From the NCBI GenBank assembly GCA_001767695.1, contig MELR01000011.1:192-64191 (forward strand): a stretch of DNA of 64,000 bases, read 5' to 3'. Below the pieces are notes generated by a model, which ran no database searches, was not told the origin of the DNA, and saw nothing but the letters and a program-made list of their open reading frames with translations. This document shows, piece after piece, positions 47,190-55,612 of this stretch. Position numbers and translations under genes: made by a program. Each line of letters opens with the position of its first letter. Positions within the stretch are counted from its first letter, which is position 1. The DNA is from Actinobacteria bacterium RBG_16_68_21. GTDB lineage: Bacteria; Actinomycetota; Acidimicrobiia; Spongiisociales; UBA11373.

Positions 47190-48400
47190 TTCGCGACCTC
47201 CCGCGCATCGACCGACGACTCGGCGCCGGATCTCAAGTCCTTCATGGTCACCCGGCCCGACTCCCACTCCTCGCCGACCACTGCGGCCGTTGCTGCCCGG
47301 CGCCGATCCGCCGCCCGGAACTGCGCCTTGACCGACTTGTCACCCAGATCCAGGTCGACGCGAAGACCCTCGGCCCGCAACGAGCGCACCAGCTCGAGGG
47401 CGATGGTCCGACGGCCGGCATCGGCCGCCACCACGAACACGTCGAGCACCGCCTCCTCGTCGCCGGCGGGCATGGCGAGAACGATCCGATCGACCCCCAT
47501 CGCCAGGCCCACACCGGGAACCTCGGGGCCGCCGAGCATGCCGGCGAGCGGGTCGTAGCGCCCTCCGCCGCCGAGCGAGGCCTGGGCGGCCTGGTACGAG
47601 GCCGACTGGTATTCGAACACGGTCCGGTTGTAGTAGTCGAGCCCCCGGACCAGCCGCGGCTCCTCCTGATGTGGGATCGCCATCGCGTCCAGGCCGGCCC
47701 GCACCGCGGCGATGTGGCCGGCGGCGGCGGGACTCAGGTGGCCGGCGGGCGTCGGGGCGTCGGCAAGCACGGCGGCATCGGCCTTGCTGTCGAGCACCCG
47801 CAACGGGTTGGCGGCGATACGCCGCCGGGCGTCTGCGGTCAGCTCCCCGGCGCGTTCGGTGAGGAAGGCTGCGAGCAGTTCCCGATAGGCGGCCCGGTCG
47901 GCGGGATCACCGATCGAGTTGAGCAGGACGACCGCATCGGTGATCCCCACCGCCTCCAGCAGACGAAAGCCGATCTCGATGACCTCGACGTCGGCATCCG
48001 GCGATGGCTCGCCGATGTACTCCACCCCCACTTGGTGGAACTGCCGCCGCCGTCCCGCCTGGGGTTGCTCGTAGCGGAACATGGGGCCGGCGTAGGCCAC
48101 CTTGAACACCGCCGAGGAGCCTCCCTGCAGGTAGGCGCGCACCACCGAGGCGGTCGCCTCGGGCCGGAGGGTCACCGAACGGCCTCCCTTGTCCTCGAAG
48201 GTGTACATCTGCTTCTCGACGACCTCGGTCTCCGCCCCGACCCCCCGGGAGAACAGCTCGGTGGCTTCGAACATGGGGGTGATCACCAGTCCGTAACCGA
48301 ATCGCTCGGCGAGATCGTCAAAGGCGCGCAGCAGCACCCGCCACCGATCCGAGGCGGGCGGCAGGATGTCGTCGGTGCCCTTGGGGGGGCGAGGGATCAC
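47171..48400 (-). CDS. hisS: histidyl-tRNA synthetase
   Basis: MIPRPPKGTDDILP..., class II motifs, HisA/HisB histidine-binding motifs, C-terminal anticodon-binding domain; 409 aa. Confidence 0.9.
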   Translation of the reverse strand: MIPRPPKGTDDILPPASDRWRVLLRAFDDLAERFGYGLVITPMFEATELFSRGVGAETEVVEKQMYTFEDKGGRSVTLRPEATASVVRAYLQGGSSAVFKVAYAGPMFRYEQPQAGRRRQFHQVGVEYIGEPSPDADVEVIEIGFRLLEAVGITDAVVLLNSIGDPADRAAYRELLAAFLTERAGELTADARRRIAANPLRVLDSKADAAVLADAPTPAGHLSPAAAGHIAAVRAGLDAMAIPHQEEPRLVRGLDYYNRTVFEYQSASYQAAQASLGGGGRYDPLAGMLGGPEVPGVGLAMGVDRIVLAMPAGDEEAVLDVFVVAADAGRRTIALELVRSLRAEGLRVDLDLGDKSVKAQFRAADRRRAATAAVVGEEWESGRVTMKDLRSGAESSVDAREVAKWIRRR

Positions 48401-49047
48401 GAGCGCAGCTCCTCGAGAAACGGGTTTGTCGCCAGCTCACGCGCCAGGGTAGTGGTGGGCCCGTGGCCGGGAAACACCGCGGTATCGGCGGGGAGGGTGA
48501 CCACCCGTTCGGCCATCGATCGCATGAGCGTGTCGTAGTCTCCCCCGGGCAGGTCGGTGCGCCCGATCGACCCGGCGAAGAGCTGATCGCCGCTGAAGAA
48601 GACGCCGTCATCGGCGACGTGGAAGCAGCAATGCCCCGGGGTGTGACCCGGGGTGTGAACGACTCGCACGTCGAAACCGGCGAGCTGGAGCACTGCACCG
48701 TCGGCGATGTCTTCGTACTGGTGGGGTGGCTCGTATTCGCCCGGGGGCACCATCCCCCACAGGGCGCGCAGCTGGGCGATGGGATCTGCGGCGAGCCATC
48801 CGTCGTCGGGATGCAGGTAGGCCGACACCGAGTATCTCTTGGCGAGCGCGCCGGCACCGCCGAGATGATCGACATGCCCGTGGGTCACCAGCAGCGCGAC
48901 GGGGACCAGGTCATGACGTCGCAGCAGTGCGGCGACCGCCTCGGGGTCCGGGGGGGCGTCGACCACGAAAGCCTTGTCGCCCGGCCCGGATGCCATCACC
49001 CAGGCGTTGGTGCCGGCCAGCCACAGTGACGCACCGTCGATGAACAT
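48397..49047 (-). CDS. MBL-fold metallo-hydrolase (glyoxalase II-like)
   Basis: 216 aa from ATG at 49047; THGHVDHLGG zinc motif (HxHxDH), later His/Asp ligands (HTPGHTPGH, D...H). Confidence 0.8.
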   Translation of the reverse strand: MFIDGASLWLAGTNAWVMASGPGDKAFVVDAPPDPEAVAALLRRHDLVPVALLVTHGHVDHLGGAGALAKRYSVSAYLHPDDGWLAADPIAQLRALWGMVPPGEYEPPHQYEDIADGAVLQLAGFDVRVVHTPGHTPGHCCFHVADDGVFFSGDQLFAGSIGRTDLPGGDYDTLMRSMAERVVTLPADTAVFPGHGPTTTLARELATNPFLEELRS

Positions 49048-49103
49048 CGACCCACGATACGGGAGCCGAATGATCGGGCGTGAATGCGGCGGCCCAGAGC
49101 CTG

Positions 49104-50495
49104 TCAGAGCTCGAGCCAGCTCCTCGGCATGAGCACGTACTCCGGTGCCGCCAGGTCCGTGGCGAGGGGGCCGTGGTTGTTGACCGTCGCCCCGCCGCCC
49201 ACGTAGGACCCCTGTACCGGACTCCCGGGCGTGTCGCAGTGATCTGGATAGCCGCCCTGGGCCAGGAACGAGCCATCTTCGACATCGAGATCGCCGGTGA
49301 TCTCGATCTGTTCGTGGGCTGCCGCCAGCCCGGTGAAGTCGGCATTGCCGCTGATATCGATGTCTCGCCCCGCCAACAGCTGGAGCTTCCCGGTGGTGTT
49401 GTACGGCTTCATCACCGGGTGTCCCGAAATGATGATGTCGCCTCCCTGGAGCGCGCCGCACGAGGAGCCGAGCGACTCGACGAAGATCGACACCTCCCAG
49501 GGCAGCAGGGCGGCACCCGGGCTCGACACGACGGTGGCGATGCCCTGGTATACGTAGAACACCCCGTCGTTGGCGTTCGTCGATTCGTACTTCCAGCTCG
49601 CCCAGTTGGACGCGTCGCAACACCCCATGAACTTCCACCCCATGTAGGCGCTCGTCGCGGCAGAGGACGTCAGGGCCGCCCCCGTACACGGCACGTTGGT
49701 GGCGGTGTTCCCGTACGTCGGGTTCGCCGGTCCTGCCCGCACCTTGCCATCCGGGCACAGGTCGTACTGGCTCTTGAGCCAATGAGCGCGGGGGTCAACC
49801 TCGGGGATGATGACGATCGGTTGATCTCCAGGAGGAGGGCACTCGGGCGGTTGGACAAAACTCCCCGTGACCTTGGAGCCTCCCGATGCCGATACACACC
49901 CGTCCGAGGAGGTGCTCCCACCGACGTCGAGGAAGCCGTTGGTGTGGATCCCCACACCGGCGCCGGTGAGGAATGTCGGATTCCCCCGGAACTCCAGATG
50001 GTCGCCGGCGAGGAACGCCAGGCGGGTGGTCCAGGAGGTCGATTGCAGCAGCACCTCGAAGCGAGCCCGCACCACTCGCACCCGCCGGTCGTCCGCATCC
50101 CGGGACGGGGCGTAACCGACCGCAAACACGTACGGGTAGTCGACCGGCTTGATCACGACAAACTCGCCGTCGGAGGTGCGGACGACGTCGCCGGAGGGGC
50201 GGGCGTCGGCGGCGGCCGTCGCCCACGCCTTCTCCTCGGTGGAGCCGATGAGGTCCTCGCGCAGGCTCTCCCCGGTCGTGTACGCCCCGTCGGCCTCGAC
50301 TGTGGCGAGACCGAGATTGAGTCCTGACTCCGCGGCCGCCAGGGCTTGCTCCCACAGGGCGTCGTCGTTCGTGTTGCCGTACTGGTCGAGTCCGCGGGCG
50401 AACACGACGGCCAACACGAGCAGGAGTGCGGTGCTCAGCATGACCACCGTGATCATGGCCAACCCCGACTCGTCGAAGAGACGAAACCGCTTCAT
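49104..50495 (-). CDS. large prepilin-like pilus-associated protein (pseudopilin N-terminus, about 463 aa)
   Basis: From ATG at 50495: MKRFRLFDESG|LAMITVVMLSTALLLVLAVVF (prepilin-like hydrophobic N-terminus without E5), then large Cys-containing domain; first of five co-oriented prepilin-like genes ending at 53837. Confidence 0.55.
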   Translation of the reverse strand: MKRFRLFDESGLAMITVVMLSTALLLVLAVVFARGLDQYGNTNDDALWEQALAAAESGLNLGLATVEADGAYTTGESLREDLIGSTEEKAWATAAADARPSGDVVRTSDGEFVVIKPVDYPYVFAVGYAPSRDADDRRVRVVRARFEVLLQSTSWTTRLAFLAGDHLEFRGNPTFLTGAGVGIHTNGFLDVGGSTSSDGCVSASGGSKVTGSFVQPPECPPPGDQPIVIIPEVDPRAHWLKSQYDLCPDGKVRAGPANPTYGNTATNVPCTGAALTSSAATSAYMGWKFMGCCDASNWASWKYESTNANDGVFYVYQGIATVVSSPGAALLPWEVSIFVESLGSSCGALQGGDIIISGHPVMKPYNTTGKLQLLAGRDIDISGNADFTGLAAAHEQIEITGDLDVEDGSFLAQGGYPDHCDTPGSPVQGSYVGGGATVNNHGPLATDLAAPEYVLMPRSWLEL

Positions 50496-51013
50496 CCGGC
50501 ATTCCTCACGCTGACGCCGACCGTGAGGGTGCGCTGTGACGGCTCCCCCGTGCGCGCCGTCACCGAGGCGACCAGGGTCACCTCGATCTGGGTCACCGCG
50601 GCCGCCGGGGATGCATCGTAAGTGAACCGGCTCTGGTACACATCCAGGTTGGACGCCTCGATGTGCGGCGCGGTGAGATCGGTGCACTTGGTCAGGCTGC
50701 CGTTCTCGATGCGCCAGGTGACCGCCTCCCCCGGGTCCTGGTACTCGTCCTCGTCGGCATCCACCCACACCGAGACCTGGGAGGGCTCTGCCACCAGAAC
50801 CGAACGGGCGACCCGCAGGTCGCGGGTGATGTGCTCCTTGGCGACGCGGAGATCCTGGACAGCTTGATCGTCTTCCCGGTGGAGCCCTGCGGCTTTGCTG
50901 GCCGACGAGATCCAGGTGATGAGCGTGATGCTCATCAGCGAGGTGATGAGCAGGGTCATCGCGAGCTCGACCAGGGACATTCCCGAGTCGGCGGAAAGGC
51001 GCCGCCGAATCAT
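50492..51013 (-). CDS. minor pilin / pseudopilin
   Basis: MIRRRLSADSG|MSLVELAMTLLITSLMSITL (G-1, E+5 prepilin signature); 173 aa. Confidence 0.75.
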   Translation of the reverse strand: MIRRRLSADSGMSLVELAMTLLITSLMSITLITWISSASKAAGLHREDDQAVQDLRVAKEHITRDLRVARSVLVAEPSQVSVWVDADEDEYQDPGEAVTWRIENGSLTKCTDLTAPHIEASNLDVYQSRFTYDASPAAAVTQIEVTLVASVTARTGEPSQRTLTVGVSVRNAG

Positions 51014-51549
51014 CGCGTTCCCGCCTCGGAGATGAGGGTGGAGGTCCGGTGGCTCGCGGCGTCAGCGCCCCCATCCCACTCGACGAGCACGAGCACCCGT
51101 CGCAGCCCCTGAGACGCGTCCGTGACATACCGCCAGATGGAGTAGATGACCCCGTCGACGGTTTGAATCTCAGTGGGGCCAAGGAGCCCGCCAACCGGAT
51201 CGACGATCAGGTCTTCGTCCCGATCGAGCCCCGCCTCCCCACCGACGAGGACACCGCGATCGGGGTCGATGAGGGGCGCATCGTGAACCATGGACGACAT
51301 GGCGATGTGATCGAAGTCCAGAGATCGGGCGAACTCGAGCTGTTCCACACCTATTGCGGTCGCCTCCTGGGCGGCGGCGTTGTCCTTCGAGCCCAGGTAG
51401 GCGACGCCGAGCCCCTTCCCGAAGCCTGCGAACACGAGCACCACTATGAAAGAGGCGACGACGGCTTCGATCAGCGAAAACCCGTCGGTCGCTCCAAGCA
51501 TCCCCAACAACCCGTGACTAGTTCGCGGTCTCATACACTCAGTAGTCAT
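51010..51549 (-). CDS. minor pilin / pseudopilin
   Basis: ...GLLGMLGATDG|FSLIEAVVASFIVVLVFAG (prepilin signature with E+5). Confidence 0.75.
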   Translation of the reverse strand: MTTECMRPRTSHGLLGMLGATDGFSLIEAVVASFIVVLVFAGFGKGLGVAYLGSKDNAAAQEATAIGVEQLEFARSLDFDHIAMSSMVHDAPLIDPDRGVLVGGEAGLDRDEDLIVDPVGGLLGPTEIQTVDGVIYSIWRYVTDASQGLRRVLVLVEWDGGADAASHRTSTLISEAGTR

Positions 51550-51586
51550 ATCGACCGCACTCCGCTGTTTCTTGAGCGGGGGAGGG

Positions 51587-53191
51587 TTATCCGCAGCCGG
51601 CGCGCTGGGCCCAGCAGGGCAGATTGGTCTCCACCCAATTGCCGTACTTCCAGGTGTCGCCCATGAGGGGGAAAAGCGGTGGCCGCAGCGACTCGAGACG
51701 GTCGTCGAACCCGTAGTTGCGAGTGCCGAAGTGGGCGGCGACGTCGCCGGTGTGACGGATGGCCATCGATCCGTTGGTGTTCAGGATCGAGGTCGGCACG
51801 CCGCCGCTGTAGGGGAGCACGGAGCTTCCCGAAGTACCGCAGTCGCGCGCGACCTGGAATGACCCGTTCTGGGCCAGGATGGCAGCGTTGATGTTCAGAA
51901 CCCCGTCGTTGCCGACCGAGTGCGGGTTCACCCACACCTCGTCGGAGGCGATGAGCCCGAGAACCGTGGTACCGCTCGTCCCGTCGTGGTAGGTGATGTC
52001 GCTGGCGATGATGATGTTCTTGGGGCTGCCGACCGATCCGGCGTAGATCGTCGTCGGTCGACCGATCGCAGCACCCAGCCCGGGTTGGCTGATCACCGTG
52101 TGGCCGTCGACCCAGATCACTCCGTTCGCGGGGACGTCGTAGGTCCCCAGCGGTGTCCACGACGCGCGATGCGAGTTCAACCACCACCACTCCTCGGCGG
52201 TGAGGCACGAGGTCGTCGTGTTCGAGTACGAGACCAGGACCCTCACCCGGCTCTGGGAGCCCGATACCGCCGGCTCCAGTTTCCACGCGGTCGGGGTCTG
52301 GGTCAATCCCAGCGATGGATTCGCCGATCGGCTGAGGCAGAGGCCGCCCCCGCCGCAGGCCACCTGGCGGATCAGGTCGAGGTCGTCCCAGAAGTTCCCG
52401 AAATCCAGTGGATCGGGATAGACGCTGCGAATATCCAGATAGTCGCCTACCCCGTCGTAGGCCCGGGCGCCGTCGGCGAACAAGGGCGGTCCGTAGCCGG
52501 ACCGGCGGCCGATGGCATGCTCGGCGTAGATGTTGCGGTGCACCACGCCCTGCACCGGGGTGGGGTCGAAGTCGAGATCGCCACCGACGTAGATCTTGCC
52601 GTCGATGTCGGCTCCCGAACCGAAGCGGAGGTCCTCGTCCACCAGGAACTCGAATTCGCTGATCGACTCCGGGCTGATCACCGCCTCCACCGCCCGCAGC
52701 TGGCCGAAGTCCTGTTCGGCGGAGACGATGGTCAATGCCACTCCGGCGTCGCCGCCGACCGGGGGGGTGACGGTGAGCAGCGTCCCGATGTCGTCTGCGG
52801 CGATGTCGCTGCGGCCCTCGAGGAGCGGGTGATCGAAGTAGTCGCCGCTCACCGGGTAGTCCCACGCGTGGCACTCGGTGTACCAGGCGTTGCCCGGCTG
52901 CACGGTGAGCCCGTAGTGAGCAGAAGCCGGGTCGGTGCAGTGCCGGGGCAATTCGGCCTCGTCGACGAAGTTCTGGTAGTAGCGGGGGTCGATGGTGAGC
53001 TTGGCGGCGTACCGCTCGAGCATCGCTTCTGCCCCCGCAATGATCGTGTCGTCCCGTCTCTGGTACTGCGATCCGTGGTACTCGCGCACCGCGCCCTGGA
53101 AGATGACGACCACGATGAAGATGAGCGCACCGATGCCCATCACCACCGCCATCATGGCGAAGCCGCCCTGATCCCGTAGCCTGTCACGCAT
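51587..53191 (-). CDS. large prepilin-like protein (GspK/PilX-like N-terminus lacking E5), 534 aa
   Basis: MRDRLRDQGG|FAMMAVVMGIGALIFIVVVIF then a large domain with several Cys and W-rich stretches; context makes it part of a pilus tip/minor-pilin set. Confidence 0.5.
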   Translation of the reverse strand: MRDRLRDQGGFAMMAVVMGIGALIFIVVVIFQGAVREYHGSQYQRRDDTIIAGAEAMLERYAAKLTIDPRYYQNFVDEAELPRHCTDPASAHYGLTVQPGNAWYTECHAWDYPVSGDYFDHPLLEGRSDIAADDIGTLLTVTPPVGGDAGVALTIVSAEQDFGQLRAVEAVISPESISEFEFLVDEDLRFGSGADIDGKIYVGGDLDFDPTPVQGVVHRNIYAEHAIGRRSGYGPPLFADGARAYDGVGDYLDIRSVYPDPLDFGNFWDDLDLIRQVACGGGGLCLSRSANPSLGLTQTPTAWKLEPAVSGSQSRVRVLVSYSNTTTSCLTAEEWWWLNSHRASWTPLGTYDVPANGVIWVDGHTVISQPGLGAAIGRPTTIYAGSVGSPKNIIIASDITYHDGTSGTTVLGLIASDEVWVNPHSVGNDGVLNINAAILAQNGSFQVARDCGTSGSSVLPYSGGVPTSILNTNGSMAIRHTGDVAAHFGTRNYGFDDRLESLRPPLFPLMGDTWKYGNWVETNLPCWAQRAGCG

Positions 53192-53837
53192 TGCGCAGCC
53201 TCACTTGCTCCTGCATCTCGAAGGGGGTGCGGGCCCCCTCCGACGTGTTCGCCGGATAGGACCGCAGCGTGATCGACACCAAGGGGAAGGCGCACGACAC
53301 CGACGTGCCGTTGCAGGAGGTCACCGTGGAGAGAGTCTTGGGATTCCCCGACCAGCGCCCCCCTGAGAAGAGCGGAACGTCGGCGAGCACGCCGGTGAGG
53401 AGGAGGCTCTGCTCGAACGGAGTGCCGGAGAACGTGTAGGTCCCCTGGGTGATTCCGTTCGACGCATACCGCTGGCGGTGCAGTTCACACTCGCCATGAT
53501 CACAGGCGGTGCGCTGGTAGGCCACCTTGACCGGCGCCGCCGAACCGATCTCGGTCGTGTAGAACGTGATCCCATCGGCGGTCATGGTGGCGATCGGGTC
53601 CGAGTTGGGGCCGGGCGCCACCGCCTGGCGGATCTCGACGACCATCTCGACGAGGACTTCCCGGGCCTGCTCCTGGGAGTCGGCCCGTCCGGTGACGTCG
53701 GCGGCGTTCTGACTGAACGAGAAGAACATGGTGACGAAGGTGCCCACCACCATCGACGACAGCATGAGGGCTACCGAGAGTTCGACGAGACTGAACCCGC
53801 GGTCGTCGCGCAGTGCCCGGGCGATACGGCGGATCAT
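53184..53837 (-). CDS. minor pilin / pseudopilin
   Basis: From ATG at about 53837: MIRRIARALRDDRG|FSLVELSVALMLSSMVVG (prepilin signature, E+5); 217 aa; Cys pairs in C-terminal half. Confidence 0.75.
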   Translation of the reverse strand: MIRRIARALRDDRGFSLVELSVALMLSSMVVGTFVTMFFSFSQNAADVTGRADSQEQAREVLVEMVVEIRQAVAPGPNSDPIATMTADGITFYTTEIGSAAPVKVAYQRTACDHGECELHRQRYASNGITQGTYTFSGTPFEQSLLLTGVLADVPLFSGGRWSGNPKTLSTVTSCNGTSVSCAFPLVSITLRSYPANTSEGARTPFEMQEQVRLRNA

Positions 53838-55489
53838 GGGCACCACCCGGAGATGCTGGTGGACAGGTCTTTCTTCTTCGAGATCGACACCGTCTTCTCG
53901 CCGAGGACGTTGCCGTCGGCCAGGCACCGCTTGGCGACGTCGAATGCGCCGGCGTAGTCGACGAAGCTCGCCTCGCCCTGGTAGTTGGGCGGTAGCACGG
54001 TCCACGGTCCGGAGCCGTGAGGACGGTAGAGGAACTCCGCCCGGTCTCCGGCACGCAGGATCATGGTTCCCATGTTCCTCGGTCGCTCCAGACGGAGATC
54101 GATCGTGTTGTCGTCGTCGGGATCGAAGGTCATGTCGTCGGGACCGTGGCCCCAGATCGTCGAGGCAACCACCGTGTAGTCGACATTCCGGATGAGGCTG
54201 TATGTGCTCTGCCCGTGATCGTCCGTGGTGAGCACGATGGTCGGCTTCCCCGGTGCGGTGATAGTGAGGGTCGCGCCGTGGACCACCCGATTGGTGCTGT
54301 CCTTCACCGTGAACGTGACCAGGTTGGTGTTGGCGGGGACCGTGGTCGTGGTGGTGGTCGCGGCCACGGTGGTCGTCGTCGCCCCCGGCTGCGTGGTCGT
54401 GGTCGTTGCTCCCGGCTGCGTGGTCGAGGTGGTGGAGGTCGTCGTGGTCGTCGAGGGTCCGATCGGCTGCATGTGCACCGTGAGGTCGTGCACCGAATCC
54501 GGGTAGCCGCCGGGGATGTTGACCGAGGACAGCGTCCAGGTCTGATAGCCGGAGGCGGTCACGGTCAGGTCGTAGGCGTCGGGGATCAGCCCTGTGGCGG
54601 TGAGCACTCCCGGCGCCAGCGTCACGGTCTGATTAATCACCAGATTGTTGAAGGCGAGCTGCGGCGACGCCACAACCTGGCCGGTGTAGAAGTCGACCAC
54701 CGTGACCCGGAGCGTGGCGGGGCGATACACCCGCAACGTGGTCTCGGTCAAGGTGCCCGCGGTCACGTGCAGGCGGTCGTTGCCCGCCAGGACGTCGTCG
54801 GGGTGGATGATCCACCCGTCAGCGTCCTCGAGGGTGACCGTGTAATCGGCCGGCGGGATCGCCGGGAATACCTGCTCGTCGGCGTAGAGGGCCGAGGAGA
54901 TCGGAGCCGCCGGGGACGCCTGGATCTTGAGCGAGGGGAGGTCGTGGCTGCTGGGGGCGAACGGCTCGTAGGCGGCGAGGTACACCCGGGCGTTGGCGAT
55001 CCCCTCGTGGGCGCCGACGCTGCGCGGCGAGACGATGGTCTCCATGACCACCGGGTCGGCCTCCCGCCCCGCCGCGGTGACCGTGACCGTGACCACCTTG
55101 TAGTCCACTCCCGGGTCCCAGGAGCCCTGGACCCCGTCACCCCCCTGGGGGATGACATCGAGTCCGGTCACCGACCCGGCGTATCTGACGTCGAGGGCGA
55201 CGTCGTAGGACCGGCCTTCGACGGTCACCACGTGATGAGCGGTGAGGACGCCACCGGGGGTCCGCCCCGGCAGTCCGATTTCCTCGTACGGGAGGGCGCG
55301 CAGCGACTCGATCTCCGCCTGAGCGAGGTTCTCGGCCACCGAGATCACCCGGGCGTCGCCGATGCGCTGCAGGGATGCCACCACCGGTTGAATGGTGAGC
55401 GCGATGGCGACGGCGAGGATGGTCACCGCCACCATGGCCTCGACGATCGTGAATCCTTCCTCCTCGCGGAGGCGGCGCAGCGTGGTCAT
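53834..55489 (-). CDS. large minor pilin / pilus-associated adhesin-like protein with Thr-rich linker, 551 aa
   Basis: MTTLRRLREEEG|FTIVEAMVAVTILAVAIAL (prepilin signature), beta-rich domains, Thr/Pro linker TTTTTSTTSTTQPGATTTTTQPGATTTTVAATTTTTTVP, C-terminal domain ending in Cys. Confidence 0.65.
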   Translation of the reverse strand: MTTLRRLREEEGFTIVEAMVAVTILAVAIALTIQPVVASLQRIGDARVISVAENLAQAEIESLRALPYEEIGLPGRTPGGVLTAHHVVTVEGRSYDVALDVRYAGSVTGLDVIPQGGDGVQGSWDPGVDYKVVTVTVTAAGREADPVVMETIVSPRSVGAHEGIANARVYLAAYEPFAPSSHDLPSLKIQASPAAPISSALYADEQVFPAIPPADYTVTLEDADGWIIHPDDVLAGNDRLHVTAGTLTETTLRVYRPATLRVTVVDFYTGQVVASPQLAFNNLVINQTVTLAPGVLTATGLIPDAYDLTVTASGYQTWTLSSVNIPGGYPDSVHDLTVHMQPIGPSTTTTTSTTSTTQPGATTTTTQPGATTTTVAATTTTTTVPANTNLVTFTVKDSTNRVVHGATLTITAPGKPTIVLTTDDHGQSTYSLIRNVDYTVVASTIWGHGPDDMTFDPDDDNTIDLRLERPRNMGTMILRAGDRAEFLYRPHGSGPWTVLPPNYQGEASFVDYAGAFDVAKRCLADGNVLGEKTVSISKKKDLSTSISGWCP

Positions 55490-55612
55490 GGAAACACTGT
55501 CGGTAGGGTCTCAGACCACGTTGAGTAGTATTCACCAGGTGTCAAAGTGACTAGTCCGGTCGAGCTGCCCGCATTTCGCCACCCAGAGTGCACAGTGGAC
55601 AGCGGACGAAGC

